NCBI GenBank assembly: GCA_964016885.1
Contig: OZ024744.1
Coordinates: forward strand, 59,458,001 to 59,522,000
Reading direction: 5' to 3'
Length of the DNA: 64,000 nucleotides
Source of the DNA: Eledone cirrhosa
Taxonomy: Eukaryota
The translations under genes were made by a program, and so were the position numbers. Positions 35,469 to 48,222 of this stretch are shown here, in pieces. A model generated the notes under the pieces. It ran no database searches. It was not told the DNA's origin and saw only the letters and a program-made list of their open reading frames with translations. The number at the start of each line of letters is the position of its first letter. Within the stretch, counting starts at the first letter, position 1.

Positions 35469-36379
35469 TTAGCTGTCTTTGTCCTTTTGGTAAGCATCGT
35501 ACCAGATCTCCGAAAGACATATCACTGAGTGGAAACGTATGAAAATGAGTAGTGGAAGACACAGGTGAAGGATTATGTTCCAAGCAAGCAGACCATAGAA
35601 ATTTTCATGCAGGGGAACCACCATAGTTTTCTTCACCTCGAAGCTGCTCACTGCCCAAAGCGCCAAGTTACAAACCAGTAGGAAGGTTACGACGGCCCTT
35701 CCGGGTTTTCGCGTTTGTTGTTCTTCGTATTTGATGCTACGACAGAGACCGTCCAAGAGGAAGACGGCCTGCAGGCTGAGCTGCACCAGTTCCATGCTGA
35801 TGCAGATGAGCGACAGAATGGCCACGACGCCGAACTCCTTTAGTCCGGTAGCAGAGGAAATGAGCACTAAGAACAAGTAGACATAAGCGCCGGACAGAGC
35901 AATAATAAGCAGAATAGAATCAAGCGAGATCATGTGGCTCCCTCTGAACTTGAGCGCAGATAAACGAATGTAACCAAGCACGACTCCAACAGATGTAATC
36001 AGTAATAGAGCGATTTCAGTAATGAAAAACACTTTGATGGCCGTTATGGAGTCTGAGATGCGAACTTCAAAGACGAAGAATGTAGCGATAGCTATCAGTG
36101 TTACGACACCAATCAAAAGACCGAGGAAAAGGCCACGATTTGCTTTCTCACAATCCATCGAAGCTGTGCTCTGTGGTTGAGAACTAGTCAGGGACATATG
36201 GCTTGGCCACTTTTGCTTAACCTTCACACCGACGTACAGGTACATTCGGTGGATGATACCCGAAGCTATCAGGCTGTACATGATAGTACAGGGAAACAGA
36301 TAAGGAGAAGCAACTCTTGCAAGTGTCACGTCCTCAAAACAGCTCTTGGTTATATTGATCAGCGGTTTAAGAGTGGAAG
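35469..36379 (-). CDS. Otop: Otopetrin (OTOP proton channel family), last coding exon
   Basis: Acceptor tctctatcgcAG, phase 1; PYLFPCTIMYSLI, DCEKANRGLFLG, KPGRAVVTFLLVCNLALW, FYGLLAW..LPLLIFIRFHS..LSEIW; TAA stop. Confidence 0.95.
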
Positions 36380-36738
36380 CTGCGATAGAGAAAAAAAGAA
36401 AAATATAAATATAAATATATATATATAAATAAAAGATAAATATATATATGCACACATAAATGATAAAATGACCTTCTCAAAGCAGAATGTGTGTGTGTGT
36501 GTGACCGTTTTTTATTGCCTTTGATCAGCGGATTGAGCTGTAATTTTAAAGAAAGATTTGAAAGCCAGCTTTCTTTACAGAATTTGAGAAAAAAAAGAAG
36601 AAGCAAGCTATACAAAATATTCAAAACTAGTTTTAGAATTTTAAGAAAAGGTTTACCACCGCCAGATATATTGAAAACAAAAGAATTTCGGCTTTGACTT
36701 TGAATAGAGTTTTTTTTATGATCTACAGTCATCTTTAA

Positions 36739-36942
36739 TCCTTTTGATGCCGACGTATCCCAAACGGCTTCAGTTTCTATGAAACAAAACCACTCATTTA
36801 AAATGGAACCTATTTAAATGAAAAATCTTATCTTCCAACATAATTTGATATAATACCATCTTAATAATGAAATATATATAATAATTTTAGTAAATCCCTG
36901 CAAATTCTTCATCAATTAATTAGAAATTCGGCGACGAAAGGG
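36739..36942. mobile_element. piggyBac-type MITE
   Basis: TTAA TSDs; imperfect TIR TCCTTTTGATGCCGA / TCGGCGACGAAAGGG. Confidence 0.7.
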
Positions 36943-37458
36943 TTAATGACAAACTACTAGCTTGTGAGTAGGAATAGAGCAAAGTGTCATGTGTATGGGA
37001 CACTCTTTCTTCTGAAACAGAGAAGGCACTCACACTCAAGTGAAGGTAAACTGGTGAGTTTTTGTTTGTTTTAGTGATGGAACCAACATCTGTTGTGCAG
37101 TAGAGTTATTCTACCTCGTACACACATATACATATACACACACACACATAGAGAGAAACGCGGTCTCACACACATACATACGCACATAGACACATACATA
37201 CACTCCCCCCCCACACAAACACACATAGCCCCCCCCCTCCCCCCACTGCCTCATAGACACACACTCACATAGACCCCCCCCACTCACACAAACACACACA
37301 CACAAGCACCGACACATGCACTTCCCCAGACACACACACATAGACCCCCCACACACACAAGCACCGACACATGCACTGCTTCATAGACCCCCCCCCCCAC
37401 ACACACACATAGACCCACATGTACCATAAAGAGACGGCTCTAATGAACAATATCTCAC

Positions 37459-37627
37459 CCGCTGCTTGTTGTTGTTGTTGTTGGTTTGCAACGTTTTTGA
37501 AATAAGTTTGCTGCCTGTAGTCTTTCGCAGTTTCTGCAATAGCTGTAGAAGACCAAACGCAAAGGTTTGTTGCCAGAAGATGCATCAGACCAAATCGAAC
37601 CAATGCTTTACTTTTATTAATCACCAA
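37459..37627 (-). CDS. Otop: Otopetrin internal exon (169 nt)
   Basis: ttacAG/GTgag; LVINKSKALVRFGLMHLLATNLCVW..AET..QQQQQQAA; phases 0/1 match neighbours. Confidence 0.95.
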
Positions 37628-38589
37628 CTGTAACAAAACAAACAAAATAAATAAAAACCATTGCTTACAATTTTCAAATCATAAAAAAAAGAAGAAAAAA
37701 AAACAAAAAACAAAGAAAGAAAAGTTAAACAACATAATCGAGAATTTGGAGGGATTTCGTCATATAAGTAATCTTTGTAATATAACTAGATTTTGGAGCA
37801 TAACATACCAAACATACATGAAATTATTTCTAATGAAAGACATTGCTTATAATTTCCAAATAATTTTGAAAATAATCAAGAATTTGAAAGGGTTTATTAA
37901 TATAACTAACTTCATCATTATTAAGCTGCTGTTTGGTATATAACTTATCAAAGGTTCTTAACATAGAGTATGATAGAAGTTGGTTTAGATCAAGGCTATG
38001 CAACATATTCCATTGACGGGTCACTTTTGAACATTGGAATAACTATTGGGGCCATTAATAGTTATTAAGCACAACTTCTTTCCATAACATGGAACAGGGA
38101 AATTATAACACACATAACCCTATCAGTGAAGCCCTTTAGTATAGGTCAACTAACAGAAAATTGTATTACGGTTACCAAAAAAATTCTAAATAAGCCCACA
38201 AGGTAAAAATAAAAAATGGTCATCGCAGGCCACCTTGACTACATGCAAATTTGTATTTTCCAGCCGATGTTTTCTGTGTGTAATATGCAAATTAGCTTCT
38301 CCAGCGAATTTCTCTATAGACTCTAGTCTATTTTCATAGAGAATAAACATTTTTTTCGCTAAATATTTTTCTTTCATAGCGAGGCTACCGATATGTTTAT
38401 TGTATATAAACGTATAGTATATTTATATATATTTTTTCATTAACATCTCTATTATATACATCTATACATACACATACACACACACACACGCATATATATA
38501 TATGTGTGTGTGTATACGAGTGTATGTCCACTAACAGCTAGAAAAATAAGCGATAAGAACTCATGCACCTCATTTATATCTTAACCATC

Positions 38590-38970
38590 TACATCACACC
38601 TTTAACCACCACAAACTCTCCTCCTCCTCCTACTACTACTACTACCACCACCACTACCAATACTACTACTACTACACTACTACCACCACCACCACCACTA
38701 CTAACACCACGCTACTACTACTACCATTACTACTACTAACACCACTACTACTAAAGCTCTTACCCTTACCGTAAAGGTCACCACCATCATCGTCATCATC
38801 ACCCAAAACCACCACCACCTTAACCATCATCATTGTCATCACAATCATCACCGCCGCCACCACCACCACAATCATAAAACCTAACACTACCACTACCATC
38901 ACTACTACCCCCGTATCATCATCACCGTCATCATCATATTTCATAACATTTGCTCTACCGTTTGCCATCA
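38590..38970. repeat. Degenerate CAC/TAC/CAT trinucleotide repeat
   Basis: Directly visible. Confidence 0.85.
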
Positions 38971-41279
38971 GTAGGGGCCATTCACGTCACGGCCTTTCTT
39001 CCACAGAAAATGAAATATTAATATAATTATCATCATCATCATCCTTCCCGACTTTATTTATATATTAATTTTTTAATACATTTATTTATTTATACCTTAC
39101 TTATTTATTTAGTTATTTATTTATATATTTTATTTATTTATTTATTCTATCAAGATTTAGAATAATTCTCAGAGAGGAGCGGAGCCCATCTTATCTGTTT
39201 CAAGATATCGTCCAAGTAGTCCCGTCCCATTCTTATCACCAACATAGATTCTGAATGTTCATTCGACTGGGCTATTTTGTGGGTAAGGCTTGTTTACGTG
39301 AACAAATCTAGAATCTGGGTCTGGCAGTGATAACACGACTCCCCAAACCCGCCCACACTATCTATCTATCTATATATATATCTAGTCATCCATTCATCCA
39401 TCCATCTATCTATCTACTTTACATGCATGTATCTTTCTGTAAATGTTACTTTAAACCATGTTACACTATGTTATTTCATGGATACATATAATATATATAT
39501 ATATATACATATATTATATGAATGTCGTGTCATTTCATACTTCCCAGCCCCGTCCGTGTCGTAAGTGAAAAAAAAAAAAAAAAATATATATACAGTGAAT
39601 CAAGCAAAATTTAACACTTTTATTGTTACTCTTGTATTACTAGTTTTAGTCATTTGGCTGCGGTCATGATGGAGGCTGGTACTTATTTTATAGATCTTTT
39701 TCTGTCGAACCTATAAGTTATTGAGTATAAACACATACATACATACACACGTGCACACACATATATATATATATATTAATTAAAGGTTAATTAGTCTCTA
39801 TTAGAGTTTTTCTCATTTAATTTTAATATAATATATATATATTACTATTTCAAGCGTTACACTAATATATTCCTTCCATATACTGTACCGTTTGTGTTGT
39901 TATTTCTGTTTACCTTTTACACACATATTATATATATATATATACACACCCACGGCTTTTGCAGGTTCCCTCTCAAAACATAGGTCAGCTAGAAATTATA
40001 GTTTCTATGGGCACTTGCCCAAAGTGTCACAGAATGGGACTGAACTTGAAACTTCGTAAATGTGAGGAAAACTCGTTAACCACACACCTTGCCTTCGCCC
40101 TGTCAGTGGTTTGTTATTTTTTCTTTTCTTTCCTTTTTTTTGTCTTACTTAAACTAAAAAAAAATGAAACGGCCTCAGATTCTCTGAACGTACTGTGATG
40201 TGAGCTTTATACACAATAGTGTAATGTGGATTACCTTACGTTTTATTGACCATAATTAATCATTAAAGACCAATCTTCATCATTGCGGGTTTAATTTTTA
40301 TTAATTAAAAATTCTATAGGGCAGTGAATTGGCAGTATCGGGTGACATGCTTTGCAGCATAGCGTTACAGCACTTTACGGTCTGCCTTTCATCCTTACGG
40401 GGTTTGATAAAATAAGTATTTTTTCCCTCCCCACAAAATTGCTGGCCTTGTAAAAGTAGAAACAATTCATTAAAATTTCTTCCGGTCTGACTAGATATGT
40501 GCTAGCTATCACTTAACTATAACTGGATCGTAAGGTCGTGAGTCGATTCCCAGCGGCGCGTTGCGTCCTTCAGCAAGACAATTTATTTCACGTTGTCACA
40601 CACACTGTGTCACGCCGAATCTCTCTGAGACCAAAGTTCAGGGCGCATATGTCTATAGAAAGTTCATCCACTTACACATTAATTTCATAAGCAGATTGTT
40701 CCATTGATCGAACAAATAGGTGACTCGTCGCCATAAGCGACGGAGGGCCAACACATTATTATGAAAGTTAGCTACCACTTAACTTTAAGAAAAGTTACTT
40801 CTTCAAATAACATCCGTAGGAAGAGTTAATCTCAGTACTGAAAGTGAAGGAAACTCTTGGTAAGTTATAGTATTTCTACAGCTCACAGTGGTGGGATGTA
40901 AATGTCCACGGTTCAGCTAAGTGGACTTAATCAGTGAAAGTTACCCGACACACTACTTACAGGAGACCTACTTCTATCTTCTGTTTTATTCAGTAAGCCT
41001 CTATATAAAACCCTTTTGTTTCTTGGTACATGGAGTTTTAGAGCAGATTCTGAATATTTCCAGGCCTCTGATTCAGAAAATACCACCCATATTGTCCCAG
41101 CAACTCTAGTTATCAAAATATTGCATATGCTATTACCTATTTTATTACCTACCTGGAACAGTACTGAGTTACTCATAAATCTAAATGTATCTGTCTATTT
41201 AATTTGTAATTATAATTTTGCTTATGTTGTTATTTTGCATATGTATTGTACATGAACTAACGTGAATTATTTCCTGCTA

Positions 41280-42860
41280 CATGTGTTGACATGGCTTCAT
41301 CATGAAGAAAATATTTGAATCAGTCCAATGTCTTTGTTTTATTTGCAGAGACTACACATTCATTGAACAGAGAAAATTAGTGATTTTGTGAAAAGTACTT
41401 ATTCTGTCTATTTCAAAGTACAACTAGGAGGCCAAGAGAAGTCAATGGCTCCTCATATTGTGTGTACAGAGTATATGCGGCAATGGACCAATGGAAGGAA
41501 GATGGGCCTGACATTTGCTATACCAATGGTATAGAGAGAGTAGAAAAAAACCACAGTAATGACGTTCTCTTGTTTGATGAATATAAAGGGTATTAATGGA
41601 TGTACCCTAACATAGACTCAGCTAGACGGCCTGTTATATATTCAGATGAAATATATACCCCATCATTCAGTGAACTTCCATATCTCACTGAAGAAGTTGA
41701 ATTAACTACTGACAAAGAAAGTATATGTAGGTAAAATGAAAGTGGTTTCGAAGGACTATCATCAGTTGTTGAATGTTTTAGGCAACATGAACTGAAAGAT
41801 CTAATAAAAGATATATATATTTTTTAATCGTCTGAGTGGTTAGCTTCTCAGCTGGGAGAAAGATATTTACTGTTACCGGGAATCCAAATCATGTTGCATC
41901 GCAGCAGAGAAAAGGATTTACTGCCCTTCTTCTCAAAAGAGAATGATTTTGTTTTCTGCAACAATGTGCAAGAATTACTGATGAAACTAGACATCAAAAT
42001 ATACACTAAGTGAATTGCAGTTATTCATAGATAGCTCTAAATGGAGCCTAAAATATGTTCTAGACAGTGACAATAGATACAGATCGATCCTAATTGGCCA
42101 CTCAGTTGGTTTGAGTGAAGAACATGGAGCAGTCACCCTAGTCCAAGAAAATATATTATACCGAGACCATTAATGGTTGATTTGTATGGATTTGAAGATG
42201 GTGAATTTTCTCCTGGGTTAGCATAGTGGGTACACCAAGTATCCATGCTTTATATGTCTCTGGGACAATAGAGCTATAGCTGAACGCTGCGTTATATGAC
42301 AGTGTCATCTGAGAGAAAACATGATGGTTGGAAAAAATATCAATAGACATTTGGTTGGCAGAGAAAAGATCGTATTGCCACCACTGAACATCAAATTAGG
42401 TTAGATGAAACAATTTATAAAGGCTGTGGGCAGAGATGGGGTATGTTTTGGCCACATATGTAGACAATTTCCTGTGTTGAGCATGGGAAAACTGAAATCT
42501 AGGGACTCATGAAGACCCGCGTTTCCTAGATTCAGTGAGGCACGTACATGGTCATAGTTTAGTATGGTTGTAGAAAATATTCTTAAGAACTATAAGACTG
42601 ATGATAACTATGGTGAACTTGTGGAGAATATGCTCCTTTCTTTTTATAAACTTGGCTGTAAAATGAGCATCAGATTGTATTATCTTCACAGTCATTTGGA
42701 TCGTTTCCTAGATAACTTCGGTGATCTAAGCGATGAACAAAGTGAATTAGTTCGCAAAGAACTCAGGACCATAGAAGAACAGTACAGCGTGCGATGCCAG
42801 ATTACTGCTGGAGCGTCCAACGTGAATGTCGAGGCACATTCCACCACCGAAATTTAAGAA
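41280..42860 (+). pseudogene. Decayed DNA transposase, CMC/Chapaev3-like
   Basis: APHIVC, FAIPMV*RE, WLICMDLKMVNFLLG*HSGYTKYPCFICLWD, LPPLNIKLG*MKQF, LHSHLD..SDEQ, DYCW; stops and frameshifts. Confidence 0.7.
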
Positions 42861-44405
42861 ACACGGTTTATGTAAGATGTTTCATTGAAAAAATGCTTTT
42901 TTCTGTCGTTTGTGCCTCAAACTTGTTTGAATTTAACAAATATTTTCATATTTTATGCTTGTCAGATGTTAATAGACTATTTTTGCTGATATTCATCATA
43001 CTTTTGTATACACTTGGCAACTACAGTGACTGCCAGTCAGCAATAATATAATATTACATATATTATATATAGATATATAGATATATATCATATCTTGATC
43101 AGCAAAGCTGATGCTCAAAAACAACAGGATGAAAAAAGAGCAAAACGAAATTTACGGCTCACACCTAAGTACATTTAACTAGCTTTCCACGACAAAAGGA
43201 GTTCCAGTCTTATCATGAAAAGCAACGTGAAAGGAAGTGTCTTGCTCAAGAATGCAATCCACCTACCGGTTCAGGAATCGAACCCACGATCTAATGTTCG
43301 TGACACAAACACCAAAACAACTAATTAAGCTACAGCAGTTTTATTCTGTTGCGTAGGAGCTGAAATAAAGGAGTCCCGATACCCAGACTTCTGAATGGTC
43401 CTTATGATGGGAAAGTGCAAGTGGATCTGAAAGAAGCGTTCCTAAGCAAGATTGCAACAATCAAACAATACTTTGTAATTATGGCATGGTCTGACTTGAC
43501 AAAAAAAAAAGTGTTGAGTTGACGACGCCTTCGAAAGAACCTATCATATGAAGGGTTTAGGGGACCGTGTGACGAGTGAAGTACAAAGATGGCAGTGTAT
43601 GGTGCTTCCAGTAGGAAGGAGATGTCGAACGTTTGTAGCTAGATTTGCAATGTCCTGTATTGCTGGATTTGGATTAAGAAAGGACAACAGAGTGGGGACA
43701 TATGGGCTGAAAAGGGAAGTAGAAAATACTTAATTGATATGGCAGGCATTTGACAGAAAAAAAGACATCCTCAGCGAGAAGACAAAATATTTTCCAGAAG
43801 ACTGGAATGGTTACGGCTGCACACAGCTTGTAGTGTTTGTATGGATGATGACAGGGAAGAGTGTGCTGTAATGTGAACCATAAAAGCTGGACATTCCCTG
43901 GTAGCACCAATGCTGCTCGGCTTCACTGGATGTAACAATGCTGTCGGGAGGTATCCAAAATTATTGTATTCTCTAATCGACAGTTGAGGAAGGAAGTATA
44001 CCACAGTGAAAGATGTATGTAGATTCATGTATGTGCGAATTCATTCGTAGGTGCGCGTATGTAGTATAGTGGGCATTAACATATTTAATTAAGTGAGTCA
44101 AGAAAAATGAATGAATGAATTAAAATTATACCTTACACCTAATGTAAATGATTATTTCAATAATTAATCCTGGCCAAGAAATGTGAGGTAAACAACCTCG
44201 ACGTGTTTTCATAAAATAATATTTATAAAGAAACAGAATACAAAAGGAGGAGTGTGAGTATGATCTGTAGCGAGAACTCCAGATACGTTTCGGCCGTATT
44301 AGACCTCTACAATAAAGCCTAGTCAAATCATTACTACTACCCTTTTTGTTGTTATTATTATTATTTTTTTAAATCATTATTAAAAAGGAAAGAAATCACA
44401 ATATT

Positions 44406-44560
44406 TGCTGCTACATTAGTGTGCGGTCTACATGATAATTTACACTTTAGCGTGCAGTCTATTTCAACTATAACCCTAACCGTAACCCTGTATACAAGTC
44501 AGGTCCGTATCCAGCGTAGACTACGGATAATGCGGTATACCGGATGCTAATGTAGCAACT
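44406..44560. mobile_element. MITE with internal TAACCC-like repeats
   Basis: TIR TGCTACATTAG / CTAATGTAGCA. Confidence 0.6.
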
Positions 44561-44625
44561 TATTTATTATTATTATCATTTTTTATTATTTTTTTTATTT
44601 GAGGGGGTGTGAAATTATCACTTAC

Positions 44626-44786
44626 TTTGTGGTTTTTGAAGACGAAGAAAGTCTGCACAAACACGAACAGCAAGTGCATGACGTAAACGAGCGGAAATAT
44701 TGGGCTCTCACAGGTGGCAGTTGCTTCAGTCTCGAAGTAGGTCGCAATGTGGAAACCATCGAGGGCGACACTTCCAAGACTGAATG
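44626..44786 (-). CDS. Otop: Otopetrin internal exon (161 nt; absent from the ORF track)
   Basis: tttacAG/GTaagt; AFSLGSVALDGFHIATYFE..CESP..HLLFVFVQTFFVFKNHK; phases 1/0 match. Confidence 0.93.
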
Positions 44787-44842
44787 CTGTAAAGATAAGA
44801 ACGATTAAAAAAAAAAACGATGAGTTAAACAGATTGAATAAT

Positions 44843-45017
44843 AATAATTGTTTCTACTTTTAGCACAAGGCCAGCAATTACCCAGTGCATTACTGGTACT
44901 TTATTTTATCGATCCAGTAAGGATGAAAGGAAAATCTAACCTCGGCGGGATTTGAACTCAGATCGTAAAGGGGAGAAACTCTATGCAGCAAAGCATGTCC
45001 GACTACCAATACTGCCG
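44843..45017 (-). mobile_element. tRNA-derived SINE
   Basis: Same family as 46427-46617. Confidence 0.85.
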
Positions 45018-45065
45018 TAATAATAATAAACCTCTAGAATGAACATGCTTGCATTTATAAATACA

Positions 45066-46342
45066 CTAGCATTAAAGCCCGGCGTTGCTCGGGGTCATTA
45101 AGTTACCAAAGTTAGGCTGCACCACCTATTTTATGGCAGCACTTTTTTGTCTGCCAGGCACTGGGTGAATGAATTGCAGACCTGGAAGCAGGAGCTGCGC
45201 CAGCAGTGACAATTGTAGTTTCGCCTATGGATATTATCTCTGTGCAAAAAAGTGTTGAAATTTATTGTTTCACAGTACTTGCGCAACACGCGCGTAGACG
45301 ATGCCAGCCGAACAACAGAGCTGCGACGGAGTTGTTTTGCATGGTTGTCTGTGTGTTTTCTAAATTTAAGACAGTAGGGAGGGTTGTGATATGGGGGAGA
45401 GTTAGCTGTTGTTTCTAGCAGGTTTAGTGACCTCATAGAGGATATGTGTTTTCTAAATTTAAGACAGTAGGGAGTGGTGTGATATGGAGGAGAGTTAGCT
45501 GCTGTTTCTAGCAGGTTTAGTGACCTCATAGAAGATATGTTTTCTAAATTTAAGACAGTAGGGATGGGTGTGATATGGGGGAGAGTTAACTGCTGTTTCT
45601 AGCAGGTTTAGTAACCTCATAGAGGATATGTGTTTTCTAAATTTAAGACAGTAGGAAGTGGTGTGATATGGGGGAGAGTTAGCTGCTGTTTCTAGCAGGT
45701 TTAGTGACCTCATAGAAGATATGTTTTCTAAATTTAAGACAGTAGGGAGGGGTGTGGTATGGGGGAGAGTTAGCTGCTGTTTCTAGCAGGTTTAGTGACC
45801 TCATAGAGGATATTATTGTTTATCATTATCTATAAAAGGCAGATTGTTGTTGTTGTTGAAGTGAGTGTGTGTTTGTATGCGTTTGGAAAAGAGGTTTTAA
45901 AAAAGATTTATCGCTTGTTGTTGAATAAATGTATCTGTTGCTTTTGAATAATTGTCGTTTCGTATGAAATGTAATAATTTGAAGTATAAAAGAGAAAGTA
46001 GCAAAATGTGTGGGTTGTAGATAAAGAGAAGCAGATGATATGAGAGAGTAAAACGGACAGTATCACCATCAAGCTTGGAAAGAGAAAATAGCAGAAAGTA
46101 TGAAGTTGTATAGATTTTGAATGGTAGTGGAAAGAGTTTAGCAGTTTAAATGACAGAGAAAAATCGTAAAATATTGAGTTTTATCTATTTTTTGCGTAAT
46201 TGTGGGTGAAATTGAAAAAATGAGATATGACAAGACGCAATCGAAACTATTTCGAATACTGAATTGTAAATTTCAATTGAAGAAATTCTATATCGTAGAT
46301 TTCTATAAGAAAGGAGCATGACCACACACTGAGCTTTATAGA
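45066..46342 (-). mobile_element. Non-autonomous Helitron
   Basis: A|TC 5' end, hairpin CCCGAGCAACGCCGGG, CTAG|T 3' end. Confidence 0.75.
45352..45813. repeat. Five-copy 93/91-bp tandem repeat inside the Helitron
   Basis: TTTTCTAAAT anchors at 45356, 45449, 45540, 45633, 45724. Confidence 0.95.
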
Positions 46343-46426
46343 TTATGATGAATGAACATTTTAGAACGTTTTTCTGAGACCCTAGTGTTCGTGTGACAGG
46401 CGGACAAAAAGGTTTGGATACTTATT

Positions 46427-46617
46427 GGCGGTGAATTGGCAGTATCAGTAGAGGGTCGGACACCATGCTTTGACGCATAGTTACGGTCCTTGCCATTCTG
46501 AGTTCAAATCCCGCCGTGGTTAACTTTGCCTTTCATCCTTACGGGGTCGATAAAATAAAGTACCAGTAATGTACTGGTAATTGCTGGATTTGGGCCAAAA
46601 AGTAGAAACAATTATTA
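46427..46617 (+). mobile_element. Full-length tRNA-derived SINE (Meta/MESC-like core); other copies ~1935, 40315, 49181, 50820, 56425, 56625, 57920, 58910, 62770
   Basis: A box TGGCAGTATCAG, B box GAGTTCAAATCC, core GCCTTTCATCCTTACGGGGTCGATAAA, ATT tail. Confidence 0.9.
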
Positions 46618-47074
46618 TAGAGATTAGCTTTTATCTTTTTTAATCTTTATTATTATCGTTTTTGTTTTTTTGATAACTAATTTAGAACACATTTAATTTA
46701 GATGAAGACGCATAAAGAAAATCGCATGTCAAAACTTACTCACACACACACACACACACACATACATACAGATGCACATCTTTCTTATGCACGAACACAG
46801 TACACTCAAACCAAAGACAAAGCCTTAATTCAATCACTTGAATTGCGAGATATAGCAACCAGATCTCCCTCAATTAACACCTTAGAAAGGACACTGGATT
46901 ATACACTATACATGGAATATAGACGGGATGGTCACAAATAGAATGTCTTTGATGAAACAGGTAACAACTTAAGACAACACATACATATGCTCAGAGGTAC
47001 ACACACATACCCAGACACAGATACAGACACATGTACACGTATATATATATTAATTATTATATATTATTATTATA

Positions 47075-47275
47075 ATACTTTTCATTTATTAATATTTTGA
47101 ATTATATATATATATATATATATAATTCAAAATATTAATAAATGAAAAGTATTATTCATTTATTAATATTTTGAATAATATTAAATACTCCAGGAAAATC
47201 TACTGTCGAGTGCTTCTAATCTATTGTAAAATTGTATTCGTTGAATAATCAACAAACCATATAAATCTTTGGTTA
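47075..47275. mobile_element. Tiny fold-back PLE end plus tail
   Basis: TTCATTTATTAATATTTTGAAT in three alternating copies; tail ACTCCAGGAAAA..GAGTGCTT resembles the tails at 9724 and 17507. Confidence 0.6.
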
Positions 47276-47443
47276 TATATATATTTTAAAAAAAGTGAAG
47301 AATAACATGGTCAACAGTACAAACAAGGAGATTTATTTACAGTCTGACAATTGTTTCTATGATAGAGTTGTCTAAAAATTGTTAAACACTGAAGATAGTG
47401 GTACTCAATTTAAAATACATGCAACCCCCATCATTTCATCAGA

Positions 47444-47475
<32 letters not shown>

Positions 47476-47477
<2 letters not shown>

Positions 47478-48222
47478 CGTTTCTGAATTTGTTTAGCAAG
47501 ATTCTTTATCTGAAAACGTGTGTTGAAACCAATATTGTTATGCTTTGGGAGGGTCATGTTGCCAATAAGAAACACCCGCACCAGTTGCTTTCACTCCAAT
47601 TTATTATAAATTAAATTTATAAATTTAAGAATTTATAAATTTCCGGTTGGTTGGTTGGTTGGTTCCATAACCGGACTGTTGTTCAAATATTGTCAAAGTT
47701 CTTTCGTCACACATTCTGTGACCTCTTCAGTGATTGGGGATTCTTCTCTTTGTTTTGTGCCTCTCCTTTGTTCTATCCTACGCCATCAAGATGGCGTAGG
47801 ATAGAACAAAGGAACACAGGACAAAAGTAACAAAGGAACAACCTGGCAGCTACCTCAAGCACTGATGGTGATTATCGCTAAATACTGATGTTGATATGAT
47901 TATCAATATTAGTATTATTGGGCATCCACTGAAGAATTATAAGAGCCCACTTTAATAAGTATCTGTTGATCTTATAGAAGCTTCTACATAAATTGGTATA
48001 ATTTCACCCAAATTGTAGGAATCTTATAATGAAACGAGACGTCCGTCTGGGAAGAGATATATTTGATATATCTCATATGAAATAATACAGCCAATTTTCC
48101 ACACAATACAATTAGTTAGCACCCGAACGTTTAATTAGGAATATACTCAGGTATTTCCTAATGTTTGTGGAGTGAGTTGGAATTTGGCCGGCGTATCGCT
48201 TTTAGCTTTCCCCGATAATGTA
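47476..48222. mobile_element. Back-to-back family A (-, 47476-47787) and family B (+, ~47837-48222) PLE ends; HHRs 47692-47734 (-) and 47925-48051 (+)
   Basis: Homology to 12233-12490 and 6001-6378; 23-bp perfect hairpin at the junction 47765-47812. Confidence 0.85.

Noticed and set aside
36380-36455. N-terminal extension of ORF 35469-36455 (likewise extensions of 55527-56198 and 37265-37645)
   Set aside because: Intronic read-through beyond clear splice sites
44470-44490. TAACCC telomere-like repeats
   Set aside because: Only about three degenerate units inside a MITE
44599-44808. Plus-strand 69-aa ORF (also 36177-36428)
   Set aside because: Antisense shadow of otopetrin exons
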